Translations under genes and position numbers: made by a program
Origin: an uncultured delta proteobacterium
GTDB taxonomy: Bacteria; Myxococcota; B64-G9
DNA: 64,000 nucleotides
NCBI GenBank assembly: GCA_963754925.1
Contig: CAVWHX010000003.1
Location: 640,001 to 704,000, forward strand
Direction of reading: 5' to 3'
Notes under the pieces: model-generated
The model's input: only the letters and a program-made list of their open reading frames with translations
The model's database searches: none
What the model was told of the DNA's origin: nothing
Shown here: one piece after another, positions 1-9,077 of the stretch
Numbering within the stretch: position 1 is the stretch's first letter
Layout of the letters: each line of letters begins with the position of its first letter

Positions 1-642
1 AACACCCACTGGAGACGACAATTGCGCTACAGCGGGGGCGGCATTGCTATGGACCACGGCAGCCACTCATTCTATCTCGCCTTTGACTGGATGGGCGCGT
101 ATCCAACGTCGGTGACCGCCAGGATGTTTAATCTTGAACCGGAACGCTATGACACTGAGGACAATTTCTTCGCCGTCTTGCGATTCCCCAACGGTATCGT
201 CAACGCACAGCTCACCTGGACGGCCGGGGTGCGCAAGGTCATCTATGCTATTCAGGGCGACCAGGGAGCCATCACCGTCGACGATGATGACCTTCAGCTC
301 TCCATCATGCGGCCGGCGGAAGGTCCGGACATCGCTCAAGGGGCCGTGCGCTGGGATGTCGAACGGCAGTCCATCGCTTCTCACTGGATGGACGCGAGTC
401 ATACCCATTGGTTCAATGCCATGTTCGACAAATTTGTCTCAGCCATGGCCCACGATGAATTTGTGGGTAAGGATGCGCAGGATGCCTACCGCTGCATCGA
501 TTTGATAACGACGGCTTATCAATCGGCGAAAGCTGGAGGGCGCGAGCTGTCGCTGAATATCGATCCGGCGGAACGGGAACGGGGGCTCAGATTAAATGAA
601 GCCTTACAGCCTCCCGTCTCGGTGCGAGCGCATTCAATGTAG
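1..642 (+). CDS. Gfo/Idh/MocA family oxidoreductase, C-terminal part (5'-truncated by window)
   Basis: Frame open from base 1; WRRQLRYSGGGIAMDHGSH matches the GGG-x-x-x-D-x-G-x-H motif; TEDNFFAVLRF; GDQGAITV. Confidence 0.8.
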   Translation, partial: NTHWRRQLRYSGGGIAMDHGSHSFYLAFDWMGAYPTSVTARMFNLEPERYDTEDNFFAVLRFPNGIVNAQLTWTAGVRKVIYAIQGDQGAITVDDDDLQLSIMRPAEGPDIAQGAVRWDVERQSIASHWMDASHTHWFNAMFDKFVSAMAHDEFVGKDAQDAYRCIDLITTAYQSAKAGGRELSLNIDPAERERGLRLNEALQPPVSVRAHSM

Positions 643-815
643 TATGGCGATAGACAAGCTTCAGGAAGATGCAGCGACCTCACGGCTACCGGTAAGCACT
701 GCTGTCCAACCTCAGCGCTTCCTTTTGAAATAATCCTCAACGTGATCGTTCCGAGGCTCCACCGTCGTTGCCGGGGAACAATCGGCACCGTTCATACGAT
801 AATCCGGAACTCTTG

Positions 816-1820
816 TCAGAGAACCAATACCCGATCCCGGAATTCCGCATAACGTCGCCGCAACCATGGCGTCATCACATATACAACAATACCCAGCGCG
901 AAGCCTGCAAAACAGTCGACAATCCAGTGATGACGGAGGTAGATCGTGGAACACCATAGACTTACGGTAAGCGGCAGAAAAATCCAAAACATGAGCGTGC
1001 TGCCTGCGGCTGCGCGGAATCTCCAGGCATACAGAAGAGCTATCAACGACAGTGCGCAGTGCAGGGAGGGAAATGACGAATGCACCAGGACCGAATCAAG
1101 TTTGTCATACGTCCCCTGTGTCGCTTCAAAAAGACCGAAAATACCGCTAAGATGAGGCGGATCATAAAGATTGGGTATGGTAAAACGGGGTGGACCGGCG
1201 GGGAAGGTGATATAAAGCAGAAATCCAACATACATCACCATGAGCACACCCAACATCAGCTCCCGAAAATCCTCACGCTTCTTGCGAATGTACAATGTGG
1301 TTGCCAGGATCAAGGGAAGAAAGAAATACAGCATATACGAAAAAGCGAAATAGTCGGTAAGCCAACGGTTGGCGAATTGCTGGGCCCAAATGGTCGGCTC
1401 GACGCCGAACAACGACACGTCGGCTGAATACAGATAGGCGTCGATATTATCGGGTCGTATGCGCCCGGTGAGCAGACGCAGGTTCTCGTAGACAAGGATG
1501 AGCAGGATAATCGGAAGCCAGTCGCGAACAATGATAAGCGATTCCCGAATTACTTCCCGACGCGTTTCGCGGTCGCCCGTGGCGAGTCGGCTTCTTTGCG
1601 CAATTATGCGTGAAATCACAATGACGATCAGAACCACGCTAGGCCACACCACGGATCCATCGGTCGCTTTGATCGTGCCGCTATAACTTATAAACAATAC
1701 CAAAAAGATTGAAAAGAATATGATCAGAGCGAGGTAGTCAATACCAAGCGACGCCACAAGACGTTTCCAGAGGCGCGTTTCCGGATAGCCGTTCATAGAG
1801 TTTCCCATCGTGCTAGACAC
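816..1820 (-). CDS. PAP2_3 / AUR1 (IPC synthase)-like integral membrane phosphotransferase, copy 1
   Basis: Multi-TM protein with PAGPPRF, SFPSLH and YLRHHWIVD motifs. Confidence 0.8.
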   Translation of the reverse strand: MSSTMGNSMNGYPETRLWKRLVASLGIDYLALIIFFSIFLVLFISYSGTIKATDGSVVWPSVVLIVIVISRIIAQRSRLATGDRETRREVIRESLIIVRDWLPIILLILVYENLRLLTGRIRPDNIDAYLYSADVSLFGVEPTIWAQQFANRWLTDYFAFSYMLYFFLPLILATTLYIRKKREDFRELMLGVLMVMYVGFLLYITFPAGPPRFTIPNLYDPPHLSGIFGLFEATQGTYDKLDSVLVHSSFPSLHCALSLIALLYAWRFRAAAGSTLMFWIFLPLTVSLWCSTIYLRHHWIVDCFAGFALGIVVYVMTPWLRRRYAEFRDRVLVL

Positions 1821-2218
1821 GTATCACACTCTCTCTTTTGATGGATTTCCGAACAGGGAAAAGCTAATGGCATTCACATTTCCCGTGACGTATCAAAACC
1901 GTATCCACCTCCGAACAAAAGATAAACCTCGAATCCCGGTGAACACTATCTCTGGGCATGCCTACTGTCAATGATCATTCATCATGATCATTCATCAGTT
2001 TCCCAGCGACCATTCGGTTTACTGAATTTTTGATTTTAAATGTACGACAAACCGTCACCACTTTAGTTGAGGCGTTATTGGAAAAGGCTGAAATAGTTTG
2101 ACGAGGTGGCTATACTAAACTAAAAGATTTATTCAACAACAAGAGGTTAAGCGATGGAAACCAATTTAACAAGATGCAATGAGTCAACTGCACACAAACC
2201 ACACATTCGACGGGAGCT

Positions 2219-2664
2219 GTGCACGTGATGATCCCGCCGCTTAGCTCCATTAAAAATTGGGGGACGGAGGCCGCCCGTTTCTGCAAGGCCCAGTTTTCAA
2301 CGAGCTTCGCTACCGGTTTGGACTGGGTGTTGATGACCTTGCTTCTGATGGTGAATGTGAACTATCTTATTGCGTCTGCCCTCGGCGCGGCCCTCGGCGC
2401 GGTGACCGATTTTTCCTTGAAAAAATGGTGGGCGTTCAATGCCCGGGGGGGCATGTTGCACAAGCAAGGGATCCGGTATGCGGTCGTCTCGGCGCTTTCA
2501 GCAGGGTTAATTGCTTAGTGGCCTTCATTCTCGTCGAAGGGTTGCAGATGTCGAAATGGCCCGCGGTTATCCTCGCGTCAGTTATTATCGGACTTGGCTG
2601 GAACTATCCCATGCATCGCCTCTATGTGTTTGCAGGATTCGTAGGAAACCCAAAGGAGAGGTAG
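2219..2664 (+). CDS. GtrA family membrane protein, frameshifted near 2510
   Basis: ORF 2219-2518 (ATGLDW..TDFSLKKWWAF) continues in another frame (NCLVAFIL..GWNYPMHRLYVF); one extra A in gggttaattgc restores a 4-TM GtrA. Confidence 0.7.
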
Positions 2665-2688
2665 CGGCGCGGCGCCTCTTTCGAGACG

Positions 2689-3684
2689 TCATTCTTGGGG
2701 TAAAATCCGACTGCGAAATTCCTCATAACGCCGCCGCAACCAGGGTGTCACCGAAAACATGACGATACTCAGCGCGAATCCCGCAAAACAGTCAACAATC
2801 CAATGATGACGCAGGTAGATCGTGGCAACCCAGAGACTTACGACGAGCGGAAGAAAAACCCAGAACATCACCGAGCCGCCCACGGCCTTGCGAAATCGCC
2901 ACGCATATAACAGTGCTGCAAATGATAGCGCGCAGTGCAGCGAGGGAAACGATGAATGCACTAATACTGGGTTAAGGCTGTCGTATGCTCCCTGCGTTGT
3001 CTCGAAAAGGCCGAAAATGCCGTGTAATCGAGGCGGATCGTAGAGATGGGCGATGGTAAAACGGGGTGGGCCGGCGGGGAACGTTATGTAGAGCAGAAAT
3101 CCGACATACATCAGGAGGATCACACCCAACATCAGCTCGCGAAAATCCTCACGCTTCTTGCGAACATACAATGTTGTGGCTAGGATCAGGGGAAAAAAGA
3201 AATAAAGCGCATACGTAAAAGCAAAATAATCGGTAAGCCATGGATTGACAAATTGTTGGGCCCAGATCGTCGGCTCGACGCCGAACAACGACACGTCGGC
3301 TGAATAGAGATAGGCGTCGATGTTATCGGGCCGGATGCGTCCGGTGAGCAGGCGTAAGTTCTCATACACCAAAACGAGCAAGATAATCGGCAGCCAGTCT
3401 CGAATAATGGTAAGCGACTCGCGAATTACTTCCTGACGAGCTTGGTGATTCTCGGTTTGAAGTCTTCGCCTTTGAACAATGATACGTGAAAGCACAATGA
3501 CGATGAGTACCACCGTGGGCCACAGCACCGAACCGTCGGTCACGGTGATCCTGCTGCCATAACTTGCAAACAACGCCAGGAAGATCAGAAGGAAAATGAT
3601 AAGAGCGATGTAGTCAATCCCAAGAGACGCCACGAGGCGTTTCCACAGGTGCACCTTTGGATGGCTGCGCAGGGAATTGTCCAT
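2689..3684 (-). CDS. PAP2_3 / AUR1-like phosphotransferase, copy 2
   Basis: Close paralog of 816-1820 with the same catalytic motifs. Confidence 0.8.
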   Translation of the reverse strand: MDNSLRSHPKVHLWKRLVASLGIDYIALIIFLLIFLALFASYGSRITVTDGSVLWPTVVLIVIVLSRIIVQRRRLQTENHQARQEVIRESLTIIRDWLPIILLVLVYENLRLLTGRIRPDNIDAYLYSADVSLFGVEPTIWAQQFVNPWLTDYFAFTYALYFFFPLILATTLYVRKKREDFRELMLGVILLMYVGFLLYITFPAGPPRFTIAHLYDPPRLHGIFGLFETTQGAYDSLNPVLVHSSFPSLHCALSFAALLYAWRFRKAVGGSVMFWVFLPLVVSLWVATIYLRHHWIVDCFAGFALSIVMFSVTPWLRRRYEEFRSRILPQE

Positions 3685-3931
3685 CGTGCCTGTAACCTAT
3701 AAAAAAGTTTTTTTTCGGCTATATGAAGGAAGGAGAGCTCGGGGCATTGATCTTTCCTCTGAGTTATCTGTACGGTATGAAGCTAAGAACCAAATAAAAA
3801 CTCGAATTGGTGAACACTACCCCCGGGCATCTCAGGTGTCAACGATCATCATGTGGTTACTTAACCATCGACCTACCGGCTGCTTGTCGAGAAGAGGAAG
3901 GAAACATCAACGCGGCGACGAACCAAAATCA

Positions 3932-5203
3932 TTAGAATTTATAAGCGAGGCCCAGTTCCAACGAATACTGGGTCATGCCGGTTTTATAGGAGGCGATCGC
4001 TTGCCCTTGGGGCGGGAAATTTGGGTTGCTGCCGATAATGGCTGCCCTGGGTGAATACATGCCGCCGACATTGATTTCAAACTTTTCCCCTAACTTCACG
4101 CCCACGCCCAGGGTAATATGGTGCTCGGCCACCGCGGGAAAAGCAATGTTTTCAAAGGCGCGGCTTCTGTCCAGAGGCATCTTGCCCCAGTTGTATCCGG
4201 CGCGTACGGCGAGCCAAGGAATAATCCAATATTCGGCCCCAATTTTAAGAACGAATTGATTGCTCCAGTTCATGTTCCACGGCTGGGTGTACGGCTGGCT
4301 TTGTTCGTATTTAGGCAGGTATTTCCCGTTGGTTTCAGACCAGAGTATCAGCTCAAAATCCATGCCCACGGTTAGCCCTTCGATCGGCTTGGCTGAAACG
4401 CCGATGGTAGCGACCGAGGGCTGATTGAATTTAATTTTATCGACGCCGGAATTAAAAGGCGTCGACGGTCCGCCCATGAGATTCGGCACGGTGGTGCTGT
4501 TGACATTGAATCGAAAATCCTGGAAGAAACTCATTATCTCAAAAGCAGCTCCGATGGAAATCATGTCGAAAAGAGTATATTTAGCCCCAACGGTGCCGCC
4601 AATACCGAATGAACTAGCGCCCATATGGGCTACCTGGCCGAAACCAGAAGCCGCAGCAAACTCCATCGTGGCATACATCACATTCAATGTAGCCCCGACC
4701 GACAACCCTTTCATTATTCGATATGAAATACCGGGGGCGAACCTCATTTGAGAATATGAGGTATAGGTTGTTCCGTTATACAAATTCGCTGGATAATCAA
4801 CCCCCATTCCCGAAATACCATACGCTCCAAGACCAAATTTAACGTCATCATTGATATCCAATATCAAGCCAAATGCAGGCACCGGTGACGCACCTTTATC
4901 AGAGTGAAATTTCTTACCGTCATTCTTTATGATCATACCCGGCATTTCTCCCGTCGCATCATAATCAACGGACGGAGAAAAGTACGTTGCGCCAAAGTCA
5001 AATCTCTGATCCAGATCGCTCATCCCCGCGGGATTGGTGAGCACCGTTGCCGCATCCAAGGTTGTCCCAACACCGATTCCCCCCATGGAGCGCTGTACGG
5101 GGCCGAATCCTATCAGTCGCATACCGTTTGTGGCATACGCGGGCGGCATGAAGAAAGCCATTGAGAGGATTGGGATCAAGACATACCCTTTTCTGATTTT
5201 CAT
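3932..5203 (-). CDS. FadL/OmpP1 family outer-membrane transporter
   Basis: AAGGAGG RBS before MKIRKG; signal peptide; TNGMRLIGFG..SMGG; NPAGM; C-terminal aromatic residue (LAYKF). Confidence 0.85.
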   Translation of the reverse strand: MKIRKGYVLIPILSMAFFMPPAYATNGMRLIGFGPVQRSMGGIGVGTTLDAATVLTNPAGMSDLDQRFDFGATYFSPSVDYDATGEMPGMIIKNDGKKFHSDKGASPVPAFGLILDINDDVKFGLGAYGISGMGVDYPANLYNGTTYTSYSQMRFAPGISYRIMKGLSVGATLNVMYATMEFAAASGFGQVAHMGASSFGIGGTVGAKYTLFDMISIGAAFEIMSFFQDFRFNVNSTTVPNLMGGPSTPFNSGVDKIKFNQPSVATIGVSAKPIEGLTVGMDFELILWSETNGKYLPKYEQSQPYTQPWNMNWSNQFVLKIGAEYWIIPWLAVRAGYNWGKMPLDRSRAFENIAFPAVAEHHITLGVGVKLGEKFEINVGGMYSPRAAIIGSNPNFPPQGQAIASYKTGMTQYSLELGLAYKF

Positions 5204-5387
5204 ATTTTCCTCCTTAAAAATAATGAAATGAGAAAACGCTTCAGCCTTTTTGGGAGCTGTGACGGCTATGTAAATATAGTTCTTTTTATTTGTCAATGAC
5301 AAAATTTGCTATTGTCAACCATAAAGGTGAACAATTAATCGAAGACCTACAGCGAGGTTTCAACGGCCAATCAATTGTATTTATTGC

Positions 5388-6638
5388 TTAAAAGTTAGAG
5401 AGAAATTTTTTATAGTGAGCTGAGCTTCTTCTGGCCCGGATCTGGTCGGAAATCAGATTCCAAATCAGGGAGAAGGGCACGTGGGGATTTTTCCCCTTTC
5501 CCATTCGAGCAAGCTGAAGTCGAATGGCGCTCATTCTGGCAACGGAATTCAATGCTGGATCTGAAAGAGTGGGTATGTGCACATTCGCCTGTTCAATTTC
5601 GCCGAATAGGAGTTTGGTTGCGCATTCCGGATCCAGCGCAAAAGGAGCGGCGAGTCCCACGATATCCACGGCTCCCGAACGGAGCGCCTCTTCCATAATA
5701 GAACGTGAACGAAACCCTCCCGTCACCATCAAGGGCATCGCGGCTATTTTTTTGGCTTTCGCGGCAAAGTCCAAAAAGTAAGCCTCCCTTTTTCTGGTTC
5801 CCTGACTTGCACCTCCCAGCATCGCCGGAGACTCATAGTTGCCTCCCGATATCTCAAGCAAATCAATCCCGGTCGGATTCAGCATACTGATTACCCTCAT
5901 AGCATCTTCTTCCCCGAACCCGCCCCTCTGGAAGTCCGCGGAGTTCAATTTTACACCGACGCAAAATTCTCTTTTTACGGAAGACCGTATTCGAGTAACG
6001 ATCTCGAGCAGCAATCTGCTGCGATTCTCAAGAGAACCGCCCCACTCGTCTTCCCTTCGATTGGCGAGCGGCGAGAGGAACTGACTCAAGAGATAGCCGT
6101 GCGCAGAATGTACTTGCACCCCGTGGAAGCCTGCGCGCTCCGCGAGCAGGGCTGCGGCCACGAAGCGATCGATAAGTTTGCGGATCTCGTCGCTGGTGAG
6201 GGCGCGCGGGGTGCCGAATTGCTTGGCGGCCAATCTTCCCGGGATTTTGACCGCCACGGAAGACGGGGCGACAGGCGTCTTAGAAAGATATGCGTACATT
6301 TGTCTGCCCGGATGATTGATCTGCATCCAGAGCTTCGATCCGCCGGATTGAGCCGCCTCGGCCCAACGCTGAAATCGATCCCGGTGCCCGGTATCGCGCG
6401 CAATGACATTTCCGGGTCCGGTCACGCCGCCCGGGTCCACCATAACATTGCCGGTAAGAAGCAGCCCGGCTCCCCCTTTTGCCCAGCGTCCATACAGATT
6501 GAAGAGTGCATTCCCGGGTAAAAAATCCCGATCCGCTATTCCCTCCTCCATGGAGGCTTTCGCGATGCGGTTTTGGAGGCTGGCCCCATTAGGGAGGACG
6601 AGCGGTTGCGCGAGAGGCGATGCTGAGTTCCGTGGCAT
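5388..6638 (-). CDS. NADH:flavin oxidoreductase (Old Yellow Enzyme family)
   Basis: NRIAKASMEE, QINHPGRQ, GVQVHSAHGYLLSQFLSP, REDEWGGSLENR. Confidence 0.9.
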   Translation of the reverse strand: MPRNSASPLAQPLVLPNGASLQNRIAKASMEEGIADRDFLPGNALFNLYGRWAKGGAGLLLTGNVMVDPGGVTGPGNVIARDTGHRDRFQRWAEAAQSGGSKLWMQINHPGRQMYAYLSKTPVAPSSVAVKIPGRLAAKQFGTPRALTSDEIRKLIDRFVAAALLAERAGFHGVQVHSAHGYLLSQFLSPLANRREDEWGGSLENRSRLLLEIVTRIRSSVKREFCVGVKLNSADFQRGGFGEEDAMRVISMLNPTGIDLLEISGGNYESPAMLGGASQGTRKREAYFLDFAAKAKKIAAMPLMVTGGFRSRSIMEEALRSGAVDIVGLAAPFALDPECATKLLFGEIEQANVHIPTLSDPALNSVARMSAIRLQLARMGKGKNPHVPFSLIWNLISDQIRARRSSAHYKKFLSNF

Positions 6639-6858
6639 AGGAAAAACCTCCGCCGGGCAATTTGTTTCCTATCTTCTAATAGTTATTTTTGTTTTTAAGT
6701 CAAACAGGAATTCCGCCACCCGGATTTGGAACTTTGAGCTTAAATTGTTAGTTCAATCCGCGGTATGCGGCTTAGATAGATTCACTAGGCTTAGGTTCTT
6801 TCTTTCAGACCTACGTCACAGGGGGCGGAGCAAACGTGGCAAGACCTTCTGGCTTTGG

Positions 6859-8706
6859 TTACCAACCGATAATATAGTAATTTAACTCCTCATCGATCAA
6901 ATCCAAGCCTGTGAGTGGTGAAGGAAGCGTGGTACTATAAGCATAGCTCGCTTGCTTACCGACGTCGGCGGTTGGGTTCATGCCCACCACGGAAAAATCT
7001 TTATATAGTACCATAATCCAGTATTTAGTGGCGGCGGAAAGCACCGTTGCTGGGAAAGGGACCTCTAGGGCCACACCGTTCAAGTTACCATTCAGAGCCA
7101 TCTCCGCTGTCTGAGCGAGTAATGATGAAGGGGATGAGTTACTGACAGCCCCATCATCGGTGTATATACCCGCTACCACCTGTTCGGTCGGACCTGATGA
7201 GAATGAAATAATCCCAAACGTATGGATGGTGATCTGTTGGCTCGGGGTAATTGAAAAGCCAGTGATTTCGTTCGGGTTAATTGCAGTAGTACTCCATGTA
7301 GTGGACTGACCCGAGAACTTGACAGGGAAACCTAAGGTCACCTTTTCACAGCTGCCACCGGAACAGCCGATTGAGCAAATTATGCCGCAATCGCCGCAGT
7401 TGTTGGTATCGGTCAGGAGATTCACGCACTGACTACTGCAAAGGGTTAGACCCGTATTGCAACTACACTTTCCCCCTACGCATGTTTGGTCCGAGGCGCA
7501 GGCATGACTGCTTCCGCATCCGCCGCAGTTATCGTGGTTGCTGGTAATGTCCACGCACACGCCACTGCAAAGAGTTAGATTCGTATCAGTGCAAACACAA
7601 TTTCCCCCTGCGCATGTTTGGTCCGAGCCGCACTTGGTGCCGCAAATCCCGCAGTTGCTAGGATCAGTCTGCAGGTTCGTACAGATAGTGGTGGAGTCAG
7701 TCGGGCAAACGTTCGGGTTATCCTCCGGGCACGAGCAGGAGCCGTCGACACAGGACACCCCCGAATTGCAGGCATTGCTACAACTCCCACAGTTGCTAGG
7801 ATCGGTCTGCAAGTTCGTACAGATGCCGGAGCAGCAGCTCTGCCCCGTACCGCAAGGAGGTGAACAGCAGTCTGTCACATGAATAGGAAACGACAACGAG
7901 GTCGAGCCCCCTTGCCCGTCTGTTACGGTAACAATAACCGTATAATCACCTACAGTGCTGATTGGAAATGTCGTAGTCGCAGTATAAACCGAAGGCACTA
8001 CACCAGATTTAGATGTCAACGTACTCGTGCTGTTTAGCGGCGTCCCGGGGGCTGGGAGGGTAGATGTAAGTTGGTAAGTAAAGGCAAAGGTCAAAGGGTC
8101 ACCATTCGAATCACTTGCCGTAACAGTAATCGTCGCGGTCTCGCAGGCCGTAATGAACTTGCCCGGAACTATGACCGGAACCTGGATAATGGGAGAATCG
8201 TTCAACATAGTGACCACGTCCAGGCCACCTTGGTTTTGAGAACACTGTACTGTAATAACGGTTTCATACGTTGAACCTGTGCTCACCGTAACTTCCTGGG
8301 GTCCAGCTTCCAGGCAGTACTGAGACTGATTTGCTTTATCTGTTGGGTCTCCTGTATTATTGATAACCGGTATGACGCATACATAGTAATTGCCGGAGGG
8401 CAATACAAACAACGAATCAGCAAAGGGATGATCTGGGCCAGCTCCCGTAGGCAGCACCGACCCCGAAAGAGGGTTGGTCGCCAATGGCACAGTCAACTGT
8501 GCAATCTCTGAAGCGGCGCAATCCTTACTGCCAACGACTTTGACATAGATGTACGTTACGTCATAGACAGGTCCATTTGGATCCACAACCATTTCCAGGT
8601 GACCGAATGATTCGGCGCTTGTTGTCGTCCCAGTACTTTTGCTTCCACAACCCATGACCATCGAAAACAAACCGAACACCAACAATCCCCATAATACGCG
8701 CTTCAT
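6859..8706 (-). CDS. Lipoprotein with Ig-like domain and four Cys-rich (Stig1-like) repeats
   Basis: Lipobox MVMGC; ASDSNGDPLTF and VTDGQGG Ig-like strands; repeats of the form CTNLQTDPSNCGxC; GGGAGGAG RBS. Confidence 0.75.
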   Translation of the reverse strand: MKRVLWGLLVFGLFSMVMGCGSKSTGTTTSAESFGHLEMVVDPNGPVYDVTYIYVKVVGSKDCAASEIAQLTVPLATNPLSGSVLPTGAGPDHPFADSLFVLPSGNYYVCVIPVINNTGDPTDKANQSQYCLEAGPQEVTVSTGSTYETVITVQCSQNQGGLDVVTMLNDSPIIQVPVIVPGKFITACETATITVTASDSNGDPLTFAFTYQLTSTLPAPGTPLNSTSTLTSKSGVVPSVYTATTTFPISTVGDYTVIVTVTDGQGGSTSLSFPIHVTDCCSPPCGTGQSCCSGICTNLQTDPSNCGSCSNACNSGVSCVDGSCSCPEDNPNVCPTDSTTICTNLQTDPSNCGICGTKCGSDQTCAGGNCVCTDTNLTLCSGVCVDITSNHDNCGGCGSSHACASDQTCVGGKCSCNTGLTLCSSQCVNLLTDTNNCGDCGIICSIGCSGGSCEKVTLGFPVKFSGQSTTWSTTAINPNEITGFSITPSQQITIHTFGIISFSSGPTEQVVAGIYTDDGAVSNSSPSSLLAQTAEMALNGNLNGVALEVPFPATVLSAATKYWIMVLYKDFSVVGMNPTADVGKQASYAYSTTLPSPLTGLDLIDEELNYYIIGW

Positions 8707-9077
8707 CGAACTCCTCCCTTTGAGCCTCTCATTGAAATAGAACCGAATTGCCGAGGCTCATAGGCAACTGGATTTGGACCTCGTGTAGGTCCTTACCAAG
8801 AACTGCCCCCCAACCCCAATGCCGCTGTTAATGCTCCCTCCTCACGCACCACTCGGCTTATGGTGCATGTCCCCTTTCCTCCGCTGGTAAACAAAGAAGT
8901 CTATCCCTTGTCAGAGTTCTCCCCTCTCTGACTCAGGTCCCAAAGCTGAGCGTCCCGGAGAAAAAGCTTCTCGTAATTTGGTTAGTCTCTAAATCACTCT
9001 CATCTTAGGTTGTCAAGAGAAAAAGGTGATAAAATGTGGGATACGCGTATGCCCTTTTGAGAATAGAACTAGACAGG

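Noticed and set aside
8721..8972. SAM or glycine riboswitch
   Set aside because: Lies downstream of metX and lacks the consensus cores; kept only as an unknown structured leader.
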